IMG/VR virus record: IMGVR_UViG_3300009954_000001
Span: 1 to 49,454 of that record
Origin: a virus
Strand: one strand, 5' to 3'
Length of the DNA: 49,454 nt
Shown here piece after piece: positions 37,002-44,798 of the stretch (positions are counted from its first letter, which is position 1; each line of letters opens with the position of its first letter). The notes beneath the pieces are model-generated. The model did not search any database, was not told the DNA's origin, and saw only the letters and a program-made list of their open reading frames with translations. The position numbers and the translations under genes are program-made.

Positions 37002-37466
37002 TTACTCACTAACGGTTGACAAGTATTCTTCCCTTGTCTTATGATACCGTTCTTCAGCCTCTTCCAGCTTGCTTTTCGGCAGAACCCCGGGGCGATACGA
37101 GTAAGGCCACACACGCAGAGCACGCCCCAAAAAGAACAGTCCAATAATTACTGACAAAATAATAACATGGATCGGCCAACGAACATGTGCAGTAGTCAGC
37201 ACTAGTTCGTTAATCGACACAAGCATGATGCCAACAACAGATGTCAAAGCCGCTGGGCCTTCCAACCACCAAGAACCCAACCACGCTGAAGGTGCACCCA
37301 AAACACCCGAGATGAGCATGAGAACACCCGCAAGGACAACAACCCACGGTAGCACCGCAGCACTCGTCAAGAACCCAATACCTGTAATAGCGATAGCCGT
37401 GTAGATAACTACCATCACGGCAGTTACAGACCTTGGCTCGCTCATTGATCTCAGCAACTTCTTCAT
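37002..37466 (-). CDS. Four-TM membrane protein (154 aa), holin-like or lysis accessory
   Basis: Four hydrophobic segments. The start is 6 nt downstream of a perfect TATAAT with no SD sequence. Confidence 0.6.
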   Translation of the reverse strand: MKKLLRSMSEPRSVTAVMVVIYTAIAITGIGFLTSAAVLPWVVVLAGVLMLISGVLGAPSAWLGSWWLEGPAALTSVVGIMLVSINELVLTTAHVRWPIHVIILSVIIGLFFLGRALRVWPYSYRPGVLPKSKLEEAEERYHKTREEYLSTVSE

Positions 37467-37472
37467 GAGGCC

Positions 37473-37478
37473 ATTATA
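37473..37478 (-). promoter_or_regulatory. Perfect -10 hexamer TATAAT, 6 nt upstream of ATG 37466 (leaderless candidate)
   Basis: The - strand reads ...ggggttttcgcTATAATggcctcATG. No convincing -35 was found. Confidence 0.3.
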
Positions 37479-37481
37479 GCG

Positions 37482-37516
37482 AAAACCCCCTCACTGACAT
37501 CAGCAAGGGGGTTTTC
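37482..37516. terminator. Rho-independent terminator after the holin gene
   Basis: aaccccct 37484-37491 pairs with agggggtt 37506-37513, with A and T runs on both sides. Confidence 0.7.
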
Positions 37517-37526
37517 TGTAATTGTG

Positions 37527-37781
37527 TCACTCAGCGTCAGGAGTGCCATACGACGGGGCCGTATAGACACCACCCGTGTGAACAGCTGCAAGAACCAGGG
37601 CAAGCAAGCCCAAGACCTTATCCAGCACATCAAGCCACTGAGCCGACTGCTCAGGCGCGACAACACCGTAAGCAATACCGACAGCCAGCAAAGCTGCAAC
37701 AACACCATAGATCGCCTTACGCCGCTCAGGTGTCAGTGCGGTCCACTTGGTGCGGTCAGTAGTGAGAACATCCTTCTCCAT
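37527..37781 (-). CDS. Holin candidate (84 aa, two TM)
   Basis: ATG 37781 lies 9 nt after AGGAGG (TTG 37787 is an alternative). TM segments are AIYGVVAALLAVGIAYGVV and VLGLLALVLAAV. It directly follows the endolysin. Confidence 0.6.
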   Translation of the reverse strand: MEKDVLTTDRTKWTALTPERRKAIYGVVAALLAVGIAYGVVAPEQSAQWLDVLDKVLGLLALVLAAVHTGGVYTAPSYGTPDAE

Positions 37782-37805
37782 GTCCAAGTTCCTCCTAAAT
37801 TGAAG

Positions 37806-38831
37806 TTACTTAGATTCTACCAGCTTCACGATGCCATCAGCGTCCTGCTCGACAACCAGCTTACCGACAATCAGCTTGCCGTCCTCACCGAAAATCGAGC
37901 AAGCGCCGTCGAGACGGGTCTGGCACAGTCCGACAGCCATAGCGCCCGATTCCGTGAGGAAGTAGTCGCTGCCGTTGTACGACAGCCAGCCGGTGCGCAT
38001 AGCGCCGTTTTCCTCAAGGTAGTACCACTTGCTCTTGACGAGCTGCCAGCCGGTCTGCATCTGCCCCTTGTCGTTCAAGAGGAACCAGTGCTCACCGACC
38101 TTCACCCAGCCAGTCTCCATCTCACCATAACGCCCATCGTGGACATCATGCAGGAAATACCAGTGACCATCGACGTGCTGCCAACCGAACTGCAACCAGC
38201 CCTTCTCGTTAGCGTAGTACCACTTGTCGCCCACAGGGAACCAGCCAGTTTCGTAGCCACCGTCTTCAGTACGGTACCACCAACCACCATTCTGCGACAC
38301 CCAACCCTCCTTCTCGGACAGGTCAGCATCAAGGTTGTCGTAATACTGCTGGGCCTTCTCGATGTACTCGTTCGCATACGTGTCACGCAGCGAGGCAGGG
38401 CACATCGTGGAGTAGAAGTCGCTGTGGGGGAACACATTGACTCGCCACTCAGGACGACCCAGACCATACGCACGACACAGAGCAGCAGTCAGATGCGCGC
38501 CCGCGTCGATGGTGGCCTCACCGACATCCCAGCCGCCCTCAGCGCCCGTCGAGTTCGCGTGCTCAATGCCAATCGACAGCTTGTTCACACCTGGGCAGTG
38601 CCATGCAGTATCCCAGTCGTGGACATACTGCGCAATAGCGCCGTTGATGTCAACATCGTAGTGCGCAGACGTACCATTGCCGCTGAAGGCACCGTACACA
38701 TCTTGGTGCGACATGGCCTTGCCAGCGTTGTGGTGGATGATGATGCGGTCAATAGCGTTGCCACCACGGCCCGCATCGAAATTGTCGATCCACAGGTTGT
38801 AGTCGGCGGTCAGGTCAGTCCAACTGATCAT
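37806..38831 (-). CDS. Endolysin: N-acetylmuramoyl-L-alanine amidase + choline-binding-type (CW_binding_1) repeats
   Basis: Amidase_2 signatures IIIHHNAG and HSDF..TMCP. About six GW-x-Y/F repeats (e.g. TGWVKVGEHWFLLNDKGQMQ). Confidence 0.9.
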   Translation of the reverse strand: MISWTDLTADYNLWIDNFDAGRGGNAIDRIIIHHNAGKAMSHQDVYGAFSGNGTSAHYDVDINGAIAQYVHDWDTAWHCPGVNKLSIGIEHANSTGAEGGWDVGEATIDAGAHLTAALCRAYGLGRPEWRVNVFPHSDFYSTMCPASLRDTYANEYIEKAQQYYDNLDADLSEKEGWVSQNGGWWYRTEDGGYETGWFPVGDKWYYANEKGWLQFGWQHVDGHWYFLHDVHDGRYGEMETGWVKVGEHWFLLNDKGQMQTGWQLVKSKWYYLEENGAMRTGWLSYNGSDYFLTESGAMAVGLCQTRLDGACSIFGEDGKLIVGKLVVEQDADGIVKLVESK

Positions 38832-39126
38832 TGTTCCTCCAATTGCTCCTAATCTCCCAAGGACCGAAGTCCTTGTACGCAGCCTTAATCATATCAGTGA
38901 ACACCCGGACACCCTCTTCAGTGACGAACACCTGCCGATACGAGTTACCCTCATCAGTGTAGACACGGCGCACATCGAGCAATCCTTTGGCCTTGTCAGT
39001 CGGTTCGCTAATATAGCGCCCCTTCTTCAAGAAACCCTCACGTCGGAGGAACCGAACGAGCTTTGTCGAACCGAACTTAGGGATGTCCGTGAGGCTCTTA
39101 GCAAAATCACGCAACGAGGGTTCCAT
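38815..39126 (-). CDS. KilAC-like (antirepressor C-terminal type) DNA-binding protein
   Basis: FGSTKLVRFLRREGFL...VFVTEEGVRVF resembles the KilAC pattern. Assigned from memory only. Confidence 0.45.
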   Translation of the reverse strand: MEPSLRDFAKSLTDIPKFGSTKLVRFLRREGFLKKGRYISEPTDKAKGLLDVRRVYTDEGNSYRQVFVTEEGVRVFTDMIKAAYKDFGPWEIRSNWRNNDQLD

Positions 39127-39548
39127 CACACACCATCCACATCAACGAAATAGTCAGCAAATGGGTTATCCCCAGGCTCGGTGAACTCCATGTTGATAGT
39201 TGCTGCCTCATCGTCCATTGGGCGCAGAACGTCCTTTGGCTGTCGAATCGACTTTAGGATGAGAGTCCAGTCAATTGGCATGTAGTCACCAAGCAAGATC
39301 ATGTCCTTGATCGTTAGGCTACCATTCACCAACTTGGAGCGGTAATACTGCGCAGAAGACCCGCCGAGCAGCTTTCCATCGTTAGTGATCGACAGGCCCG
39401 CGTCCTTGAACTGCTTCATCACAAGCTGTCGGACAAAATCAAGCCGCGTTTCGACATCCTTGGGATACTTTTCAGGGCCACGAGACGCGCGAGCCTTAGC
39501 CATGCGTGCGCGTGCCTCTTCGAGCTTCACCGGGTCAGTAATTTTCAT
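39126..39548 (-). CDS. Hypothetical protein (140 aa)
   Basis: ATGA coupling to nrdH. Confidence 0.55.
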   Translation of the reverse strand: MKITDPVKLEEARARMAKARASRGPEKYPKDVETRLDFVRQLVMKQFKDAGLSITNDGKLLGGSSAQYYRSKLVNGSLTIKDMILLGDYMPIDWTLILKSIRQPKDVLRPMDDEAATINMEFTEPGDNPFADYFVDVDGV

Positions 39549-39787
39549 TCTTTCACCTCATACTTCTTCAAGAGGTCCGGTCGGAACCCAGACCAGTGTT
39601 CCTTAATTTGCGCGCCTTCACGCACGACAACGACAGGTGCCTGCTGATAACCCAGTGCGCGGATAAATGCCAATGCGTCAGCATCTTCCGTCACATCCAC
39701 ACTCTCATGCGGTAGATCAAGGCTCTTCAGCTTGCGGTACGTCACAGAGCACTGTTGGCAGTTGGGCTTAGAGTAGACGGTAATCAT
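39545..39787 (-). CDS. nrdH: NrdH-like glutaredoxin
   Basis: CQQC redox motif at residues 10-13 and the WSGFRPD signature. Confidence 0.8.
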   Translation of the reverse strand: MITVYSKPNCQQCSVTYRKLKSLDLPHESVDVTEDADALAFIRALGYQQAPVVVVREGAQIKEHWSGFRPDLLKKYEVKE

Positions 39788-40197
39788 TTGTTGGCCTTTC
39801 CAGTAGAACCGAAGCCACCTTTACCTCGCTCACCGGCTTGGACGGGTGGCTGTGCGTAGAGAGCAGATGTGCCCTCTAGCTTGACAATAACAATCTGAGC
39901 GATGCGCTCATGCTCTTCCAGCACGACAGGGGTGTCCTTGCTCATGTTCCACAGTGGAACAAGAACTTCGCCCTCGTAGCCAGCGTCGATGACACCGACA
40001 CCATTAGCGAGAAGCAGTCCCTTCTTGCTCAGTGACGAGCGGGCAAAGACGAGTCCAACAGACCCATCAGGGATGTCGTGCTTATCAGGGTAGTAGCCTG
40101 TCGCCACGTAGATAACCTCACCTGGGTAGATGATGACAGGCATCTTCGTGGACAGGTCGAAACCAGCATCATTATAGTGCTGTCGTTGTGGTCGCAT
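39784..40197 (-). CDS. dut: dUTP diphosphatase (trimeric dUTPase)
   Basis: Motifs AGFDL, GVIDAGYEGE, RIAQ and RGKGGFGSTG. Confidence 0.9.
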   Translation of the reverse strand: MRPQRQHYNDAGFDLSTKMPVIIYPGEVIYVATGYYPDKHDIPDGSVGLVFARSSLSKKGLLLANGVGVIDAGYEGEVLVPLWNMSKDTPVVLEEHERIAQIVIVKLEGTSALYAQPPVQAGERGKGGFGSTGKANK

Positions 40198-40272
40198 TGG
40201 TTCTCCTTTGTGTTATTTATCGGGGCAAGATAGAGGGCCAGCACTAACCAGCACTGGCCCCCTAATTATGTG

Positions 40273-41508
40273 TCAGCGAGTCTTGCTGTATCGGCCAACA
40301 CACCAGGCCACAGTCATGGCTGCCGCGCCGAACAGCAGCGACAGAATCCCGATTACAGCAGCCTCAGAGGCAGCACCAGTCTTGGCTAGCTTGGCCTTCG
40401 GGGCCTCAATCGTTGGCGCAGGCTTCGGGGCCGGTGTAGCCTTAGTCGGTGCAGGGATAGGCTCGATCTTGCAAGGCACGCGGTCCTTGTCTCGGTCAGG
40501 GTGAATCGTGCAAGGGGTCTGAGTCGGTGTAGGTGTAGGCTTAGAGGGCTCAGGTTCCGGGGTGGGGGTAGGAGTCGGCTTCGGGTCCTCAGACGGCGTA
40601 GGGGCGGGCTTCACAGTCCCATCGCCGTCGGTGCCTCCGTTAGAGCGTACGGTCGCAGTAGATTCCAGCTTCAGGCCGTTCACCTCGGCGTGGTTCGTCA
40701 CCGAGGTCTGCCCCTCGGGAACCTTCATCTGCTCCGGCGGGTAGGTGATGCAGGTCTTAGACCCTTCAGGCGCGGTGAACTTGATCGTGTTCGCGTCCAC
40801 TTGCGTGGCTGTGACAATCTCAGTTGTGGCCGGGTCCCAGGTTGGGCCTTTGGCGCACTTGACACCGGGAGAGAGTCGGGTATCGAAGTCCTTAATGGTG
40901 TACTCGACACCACCCTCAGCAATAAACTTGATACCCCATCCAACGGTTCCGTTGGAATTGGTCCAACCAAACTTAACGTTGGACGGTTCTGCGTACTCAA
41001 AGTGGGCCGGACCATCACAATCATTCGTGCAGACACCTGTTCCTTCAGCATCACCCCACACGAGCTTCTTCACGACCTCACCATTAAGAGTGATCGTACT
41101 CTCGTTAGTGCCGACAGCAGCGTCCTGAAGGCGCGCACGCGCCCACCATGTACCGCTGACGTTCTCCTTGTCGGCGTAAGCTGCGGGCACCTCCGTGACC
41201 TTGCAGGTCAGTGTCGCCTGATCGGCGACACACTCACCGACGACAGTGCCGTCGTCCAAGGCAAAAGGAAATGAGGCGTTCCACTTGAAGCCACCATCCT
41301 TAGAAGCCACCGTGAACTGCTGTCCGACAGCCAGTCGCTTGGTGGTCCAAGTCCCGCCCACATTGACCTCAGATGAGGTCTGTCGAGACGCGGACGTGGC
41401 CTTCGTGACCTCGGCCTTGATCCCAGGGTTGTCGGCGGCATTAGCAGTAGCAGCAGCTGTAGTAATCATTAGTAGTGCGACACCGGTCGTCGCAAGAAAC
41501 TTCTTCAT
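40273..41508 (-). CDS. Secreted, sortase-anchored (LAKTG) surface protein, adhesin-like
   Basis: ATG 41508 after AAAGGAA. Signal peptide MKKFLATTGVALLMITTAAATANA. Pro/Thr linker PKPTPTPTPEPEPSKPTPTPT. LAKTG followed by a hydrophobic segment and the RYSKTR tail. Confidence 0.8.
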   Translation of the reverse strand: MKKFLATTGVALLMITTAAATANAADNPGIKAEVTKATSASRQTSSEVNVGGTWTTKRLAVGQQFTVASKDGGFKWNASFPFALDDGTVVGECVADQATLTCKVTEVPAAYADKENVSGTWWARARLQDAAVGTNESTITLNGEVVKKLVWGDAEGTGVCTNDCDGPAHFEYAEPSNVKFGWTNSNGTVGWGIKFIAEGGVEYTIKDFDTRLSPGVKCAKGPTWDPATTEIVTATQVDANTIKFTAPEGSKTCITYPPEQMKVPEGQTSVTNHAEVNGLKLESTATVRSNGGTDGDGTVKPAPTPSEDPKPTPTPTPEPEPSKPTPTPTQTPCTIHPDRDKDRVPCKIEPIPAPTKATPAPKPAPTIEAPKAKLAKTGAASEAAVIGILSLLFGAAAMTVAWCVGRYSKTR

Positions 41509-41750
41509 GTTGTTGGTTCCTTTCGTAGTTGTTCGGCCTGACAACATGAAGCATAGCTGACAGGCCGAGTAGTTTACAATAGATAACCACGTGACTCTGC
41601 TCACATAGTATCATCCCCCTACCGAGTATTAGTCGATAGGGGGATGAGTCCTCATGAATTATGAACCCTCATGTAAGGCCAGTACCCGAAAGGACGAACC
41701 CTTCAGTTACTTAATCCTGAGATCAGAGGCGCGCTGTCTCAGGCCGACAA

Positions 41751-42047
41751 TCACAGATGGTCGAAAGGACGCTGCTCCAAAATCTCTTCCATCTTATGAC
41801 CAGGCACCGTATAGACACCAGGCGAGACGACACCATAGGTCATGGGCTTAACCATCGTCACAGGAGCCTTCTCGACAATGCCCTGGTCGAGAAGAGCAAT
41901 CAGCTCAGCGTCCTGTGTGGTGATCGTGTAGACACCCGTACGGGCCTCCTGGGTGATGGTCGTCTTCATCTCGTCATTCTTGATGACAGACGAATAGCTA
42001 CCGTCGAAAGCCTTACCCAGCTTGACTGCGAGATCGACAATGCTCAT
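41751..42047 (-). CDS. Hypothetical protein (98 aa)
   Basis: ATG after AAAGGAGGAA. Confidence 0.55.
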   Translation of the reverse strand: MSIVDLAVKLGKAFDGSYSSVIKNDEMKTTITQEARTGVYTITTQDAELIALLDQGIVEKAPVTMVKPMTYGVVSPGVYTVPGHKMEEILEQRPFDHL

Positions 42048-42072
42048 CGTTCCTCCTTTGTTGTCGTTGTTG

Positions 42073-42462
42073 TTACAAGGACAGTGTATCAGTCTTCAGT
42101 GCCCAATCAAGACTTTCATTGAGTTCTTCCTTGTTACTACAAAACTCGGCACACCGAAGAACATCAGTTAGAAACTCCTCCCAGAAGCGCTTGTCTGAAA
42201 GACCCTGATATTTCTCGGAAAGTCCGAATGGTTCCTTGAACTCCACAGTGTGAAGCCAATGCGTGAAGACAGGCACGTTAACGGCGTAGCTAGTAATGTC
42301 ACCCCAGCTAGAATACCATCCATCGACAGCATGAACTCCACCATAGCTATCTGTGAATGTGTAGATAGGATGGTCCATCATGCCCTTAAACTCGCACAGC
42401 TCACAGGTGCCTGTTACATCCTCGTAAGTATTTGAGTCGAAGTCAGTAAGTCGTAACTTCAT
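42073..42462 (-). CDS. Hypothetical protein (129 aa)
   Basis: ATG after AAAGGAGAAA. Confidence 0.6.
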   Translation of the reverse strand: MKLRLTDFDSNTYEDVTGTCELCEFKGMMDHPIYTFTDSYGGVHAVDGWYSSWGDITSYAVNVPVFTHWLHTVEFKEPFGLSEKYQGLSDKRFWEEFLTDVLRCAEFCSNKEELNESLDWALKTDTLSL

Positions 42463-42481
42463 TTTGTTTCTCCTTTCTGTC

Positions 42482-42553
42482 GTGCTGCTACAGGACTCGA
42501 ACCTGTTCCTTGGCGACTGACACCCCGTTCTTGACCAGTTAAACTAAGCAGCT
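42482..42553 (-). tRNA. tRNA-like gene with a degenerate anticodon stem (possible pseudo-tRNA, loop centre CAG)
   Basis: The T-arm is good (acagg-TTCGAGT-cctgt) and so is the D-arm (gttt/gaac). The acceptor has 6 bp plus an A.A pair at 1:72. The anticodon stem has only 3 of 5 pairs and there is no long variable arm. Confidence 0.4.
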
Positions 42554-42638
42554 TGCCACCTGACCAGGGTAGCCCAGCTCTTCGATGGAAGTCTTGGTCG
42601 TGACACTTTGTGCTATCGAGCAACCTCATCGTCAAGCG

Positions 42639-42709
42639 CTCCCAGACTAGGACTCGAACCTAGTCCGACAGGGCCAGAACCTGCCGTGCTGCCATTACAC
42701 TATCTGGGA
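42639..42709 (-). tRNA. tRNA-Gln (anticodon CTG)
   Basis: Hand fold: acceptor tcccaga/tctggga, D stem gtgt/gcac, anticodon stem gcagg/cctgt with loop ttCTGgc, T-arm ctagg-TTCGAGT-cctag. Confidence 0.85.
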
Positions 42710-42784
42710 TAAAGGCTGGGTAGTCCCGGAGGACACCCAGCAGCTAGGTAGTTACACTTGTGTAACTACAGGCAATACTGCCCG

Positions 42785-42857
42785 TCGGAATGGTGAGACT
42801 CGAACTCACGACCCCCTGGTCCCAAACCAGGTGCGCTGCCTACTGCGCTACATTCCG
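42785..42857 (-). tRNA. tRNA-Pro (anticodon TGG)
   Basis: Acceptor cggaatg/cattccg, D stem gcgc/gcgc, anticodon stem cctgg/ccagg with loop ttTGGga, T-arm gtgag-TTCGAGT-ctcac. Confidence 0.9.
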
Positions 42858-43016
42858 TTGGTGGGGGTGCTATTCGGACGACAGAAACACACACAAAAAA
42901 GTGTCGTCCCTAGGGTGCTACCCCGCACGTGACCCCCGTCACGGCAACCGGCACGTCCTCTTGATCAGAGAGGCAGGCAGCTATGGCCTAATCATCCAGC
43001 ATCGTCCGGTGCTTGG

Positions 43017-43101
43017 TGGTCCCCTCGGTGAGAGTCGAACTCACACTCCTTTCGGAACCCGGGTTTGAGCCGAGCGCGTCTGCCTGTTCCGCCACAAGGG
43101 G
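43017..43101 (-). tRNA. tRNA-Leu (anticodon CAA), class II, CCA encoded
   Basis: Acceptor ccccttg/cgagggg, anticodon loop ctCAAac, long variable arm ttccgaaaggagt, T-arm gtgag-TTCGACT-ctcac, followed by ACCA. Confidence 0.9.
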
Positions 43102-43170
43102 TGGTGCCTCCCAATGTTCACAGACCCTTGCTTATAAGGTATCGAGAGGCTATTCAGATGTTATGTGTTT

Positions 43171-43200
43171 AGTATAGAGTTGCATTTCTCGGACTGTCAA
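43171..43200 (-). promoter_or_regulatory. Promoter TTGACA-18-TATACT upstream of the tRNA cluster
   Basis: The - strand reads ttgacagtccgagaaatgcaactctatact. It is intergenic, about 70 nt upstream of tRNA-Leu. Confidence 0.55.
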
Positions 43201-43221
43201 CACCATACTAAGTGATGTGTG

Positions 43222-43566
43222 TTACTTTCCAGGATCAATAATTGCCGCCACCTTGCCCTCATCGCTTTCAGTGATAAGGAACTTGAGGACATCGAGATCA
43301 TGCATCAGACTATCCTGATCAGTGACAGGGTTGAACCAGTACTGGGTGTTAATCTTCACCCAAATCCCGTGGTTATTAGTGATGAGCACGCAACCCTTCG
43401 CAGTGATAGCAGCAAAGTCGTGGCAGTCTGCAATCTCTGCAACCTGTCGCTTATCTAACCCTTCGACAAACCAGACACTAAGACCATAAAGGTCCCAGTT
43501 ATGCAGCTTGTTGTGATTCTCTCGGGTCTGCTCGTAAAGCTCCATGAACCCTTTGTTATCATTCAT
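43222..43566 (-). CDS. Hypothetical protein (114 aa)
   Basis: ATGA coupling. Confidence 0.6.
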   Translation of the reverse strand: MNDNKGFMELYEQTRENHNKLHNWDLYGLSVWFVEGLDKRQVAEIADCHDFAAITAKGCVLITNNHGIWVKINTQYWFNPVTDQDSLMHDLDVLKFLITESDEGKVAAIIDPGK

Positions 43567-43844
43567 TCTTTTTCTTCTCCCATTTCAAGAATGATTGCTT
43601 GCTTATCACTATTGTTGATAAGATAAGCCATTTCGTAGTCGTACAGGGCAATCATTACGATTCTCCCTGTTACGAACCAGAGTGTGCTACGTCGCTTGAA
43701 GGTGACTGAGTTCCACTTCAGCTTCTTTACGGTACCAAGGTCTACATCACCGAGACTCGGCACGTTAACGACAGGGCTGTCATCCTCCTGCGCATTGTCG
43801 CAAGCTGCCTCAAGGAGGTCGTAGATTTCTGCAATACTCAGCAT
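43563..43844 (-). CDS. Hypothetical protein (93 aa)
   Basis: Overlapping start and stop. Confidence 0.6.
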   Translation of the reverse strand: MLSIAEIYDLLEAACDNAQEDDSPVVNVPSLGDVDLGTVKKLKWNSVTFKRRSTLWFVTGRIVMIALYDYEMAYLINNSDKQAIILEMGEEKE

Positions 43845-44122
43845 GGTGTAACCTCTTTTCGATCAATTCCCAGCATCATGTTCGCAAACATCTTTACGGT
43901 GCCCCAGTCTTCGGCTGGGTCATTAACACACTGTGAGTATGCAATAGCATAAATATCAACGATAAGTTGGTATTGGTGGTAATTTAGTGCATCTGATTCA
44001 GGTTCCTCAAAGATTGGTATGATCTTACAGAAATCTGCAACCTTATACCACTCAACACCTTCCTCATGGGTATCAGCAATCCGACCAATCTCCTTGGTTA
44101 ATTCTGCCAATTCAGCGTTCAT
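43838..44122 (-). CDS. Hypothetical protein (94 aa)
   Basis: ATG after AAAGGAGAAA. First gene after promoter 44155-44184. Confidence 0.6.
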   Translation of the reverse strand: MNAELAELTKEIGRIADTHEEGVEWYKVADFCKIIPIFEEPESDALNYHQYQLIVDIYAIAYSQCVNDPAEDWGTVKMFANMMLGIDRKEVTPC

Positions 44123-44154
44123 TGATTTCTCCTTTCTTTGTGGCTGATGTATTT

Positions 44155-44184
44155 ATACTAATCTACTCTGCCAACATCTGTCAA
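44155..44184 (-). promoter_or_regulatory. Promoter TTGACA-18-TAGTAT
   Basis: The - strand reads ttgacagatgttggcagagtagattagtat. It is intergenic, directly after terminator 44224-44266. Confidence 0.5.
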
Positions 44185-44223
44185 CAACTAACCCAGTGAC
44201 GTGTACCACATCATTGTGAGGAC

Positions 44224-44266
44224 AAAATAAAACCCCTGTACCTCAATCCAAGCACAGGGGTTTTAT
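44224..44266 (-). terminator. Rho-independent terminator
   Basis: aaaacccctgt 44229-44239 pairs with acaggggtttt 44254-44264. On the - strand a ttttatttt tail follows. Confidence 0.75.
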
Positions 44267-44349
44267 CGGATCAAAGATCCATCAACTGGTAATGACCAAT
44301 CTAGCACATCAACGAGAGATCGTGCAACACTAATTGAGTGTGCAGTGGG

Positions 44350-44598
44350 TCACTTGTTGTCCATGAGTTCACCAACAATACTGTCAGCGACAGAATAGGC
44401 AGTCGTACCCAAACCAGGGTACAGATCATTGAGAGCTGACCATGTATCCCGACTAGCTGGGTGTTCAATAGCAAAAAGGTAGTCGCAGACCTTAAACTCA
44501 ACCTCAGTCTCTAGCAGCTCCATCAGCCTATCCTGAGTAACGATGAACTTACCATCACCATGATACTTGATTCCATCAGTCACGGCAGCACCTTCCAT
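44350..44598 (-). CDS. Hypothetical protein (82 aa)
   Basis: ATG 44598. GTG 44583 in a GTGA overlap is an alternative start. Confidence 0.55.
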   Translation of the reverse strand: MEGAAVTDGIKYHGDGKFIVTQDRLMELLETEVEFKVCDYLFAIEHPASRDTWSALNDLYPGLGTTAYSVADSIVGELMDNK

Positions 44599-44798
44599 CC
44601 TTCGCCGTCTCCAATCTCCTTTTTCAACTCTTCATCAGAGTGTGCTTGATTAGTCCACAAGTCCTTCACGTGGACCCAGTAGTCTTCCATGTCTTCACTG
44701 ATGAACTTTAGATAACGAACGTCATCAGGACTAATCAGCACAGCTCCGGGTGCAAGCCGATGGAACGGAATAGTCAACTCACTGAAATTGATAATCAT
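44580..44798 (-). CDS. Hypothetical protein (72 aa), small-paralog family member
   Basis: AAAGGAGAA RBS. Carries motif LAPGAVLIS...YWVHV...SDEEL. Confidence 0.6.
   Translation of the reverse strand: MIINFSELTIPFHRLAPGAVLISPDDVRYLKFISEDMEDYWVHVKDLWTNQAHSDEELKKEIGDGEGWKVLP

Noticed and set aside
37524-38852. 442-aa ORF on the + strand
   Set aside because: It is antisense to the endolysin and holin genes, which carry clear amidase and cell-wall-binding motifs. It has no RBS and its composition is not protein-like.
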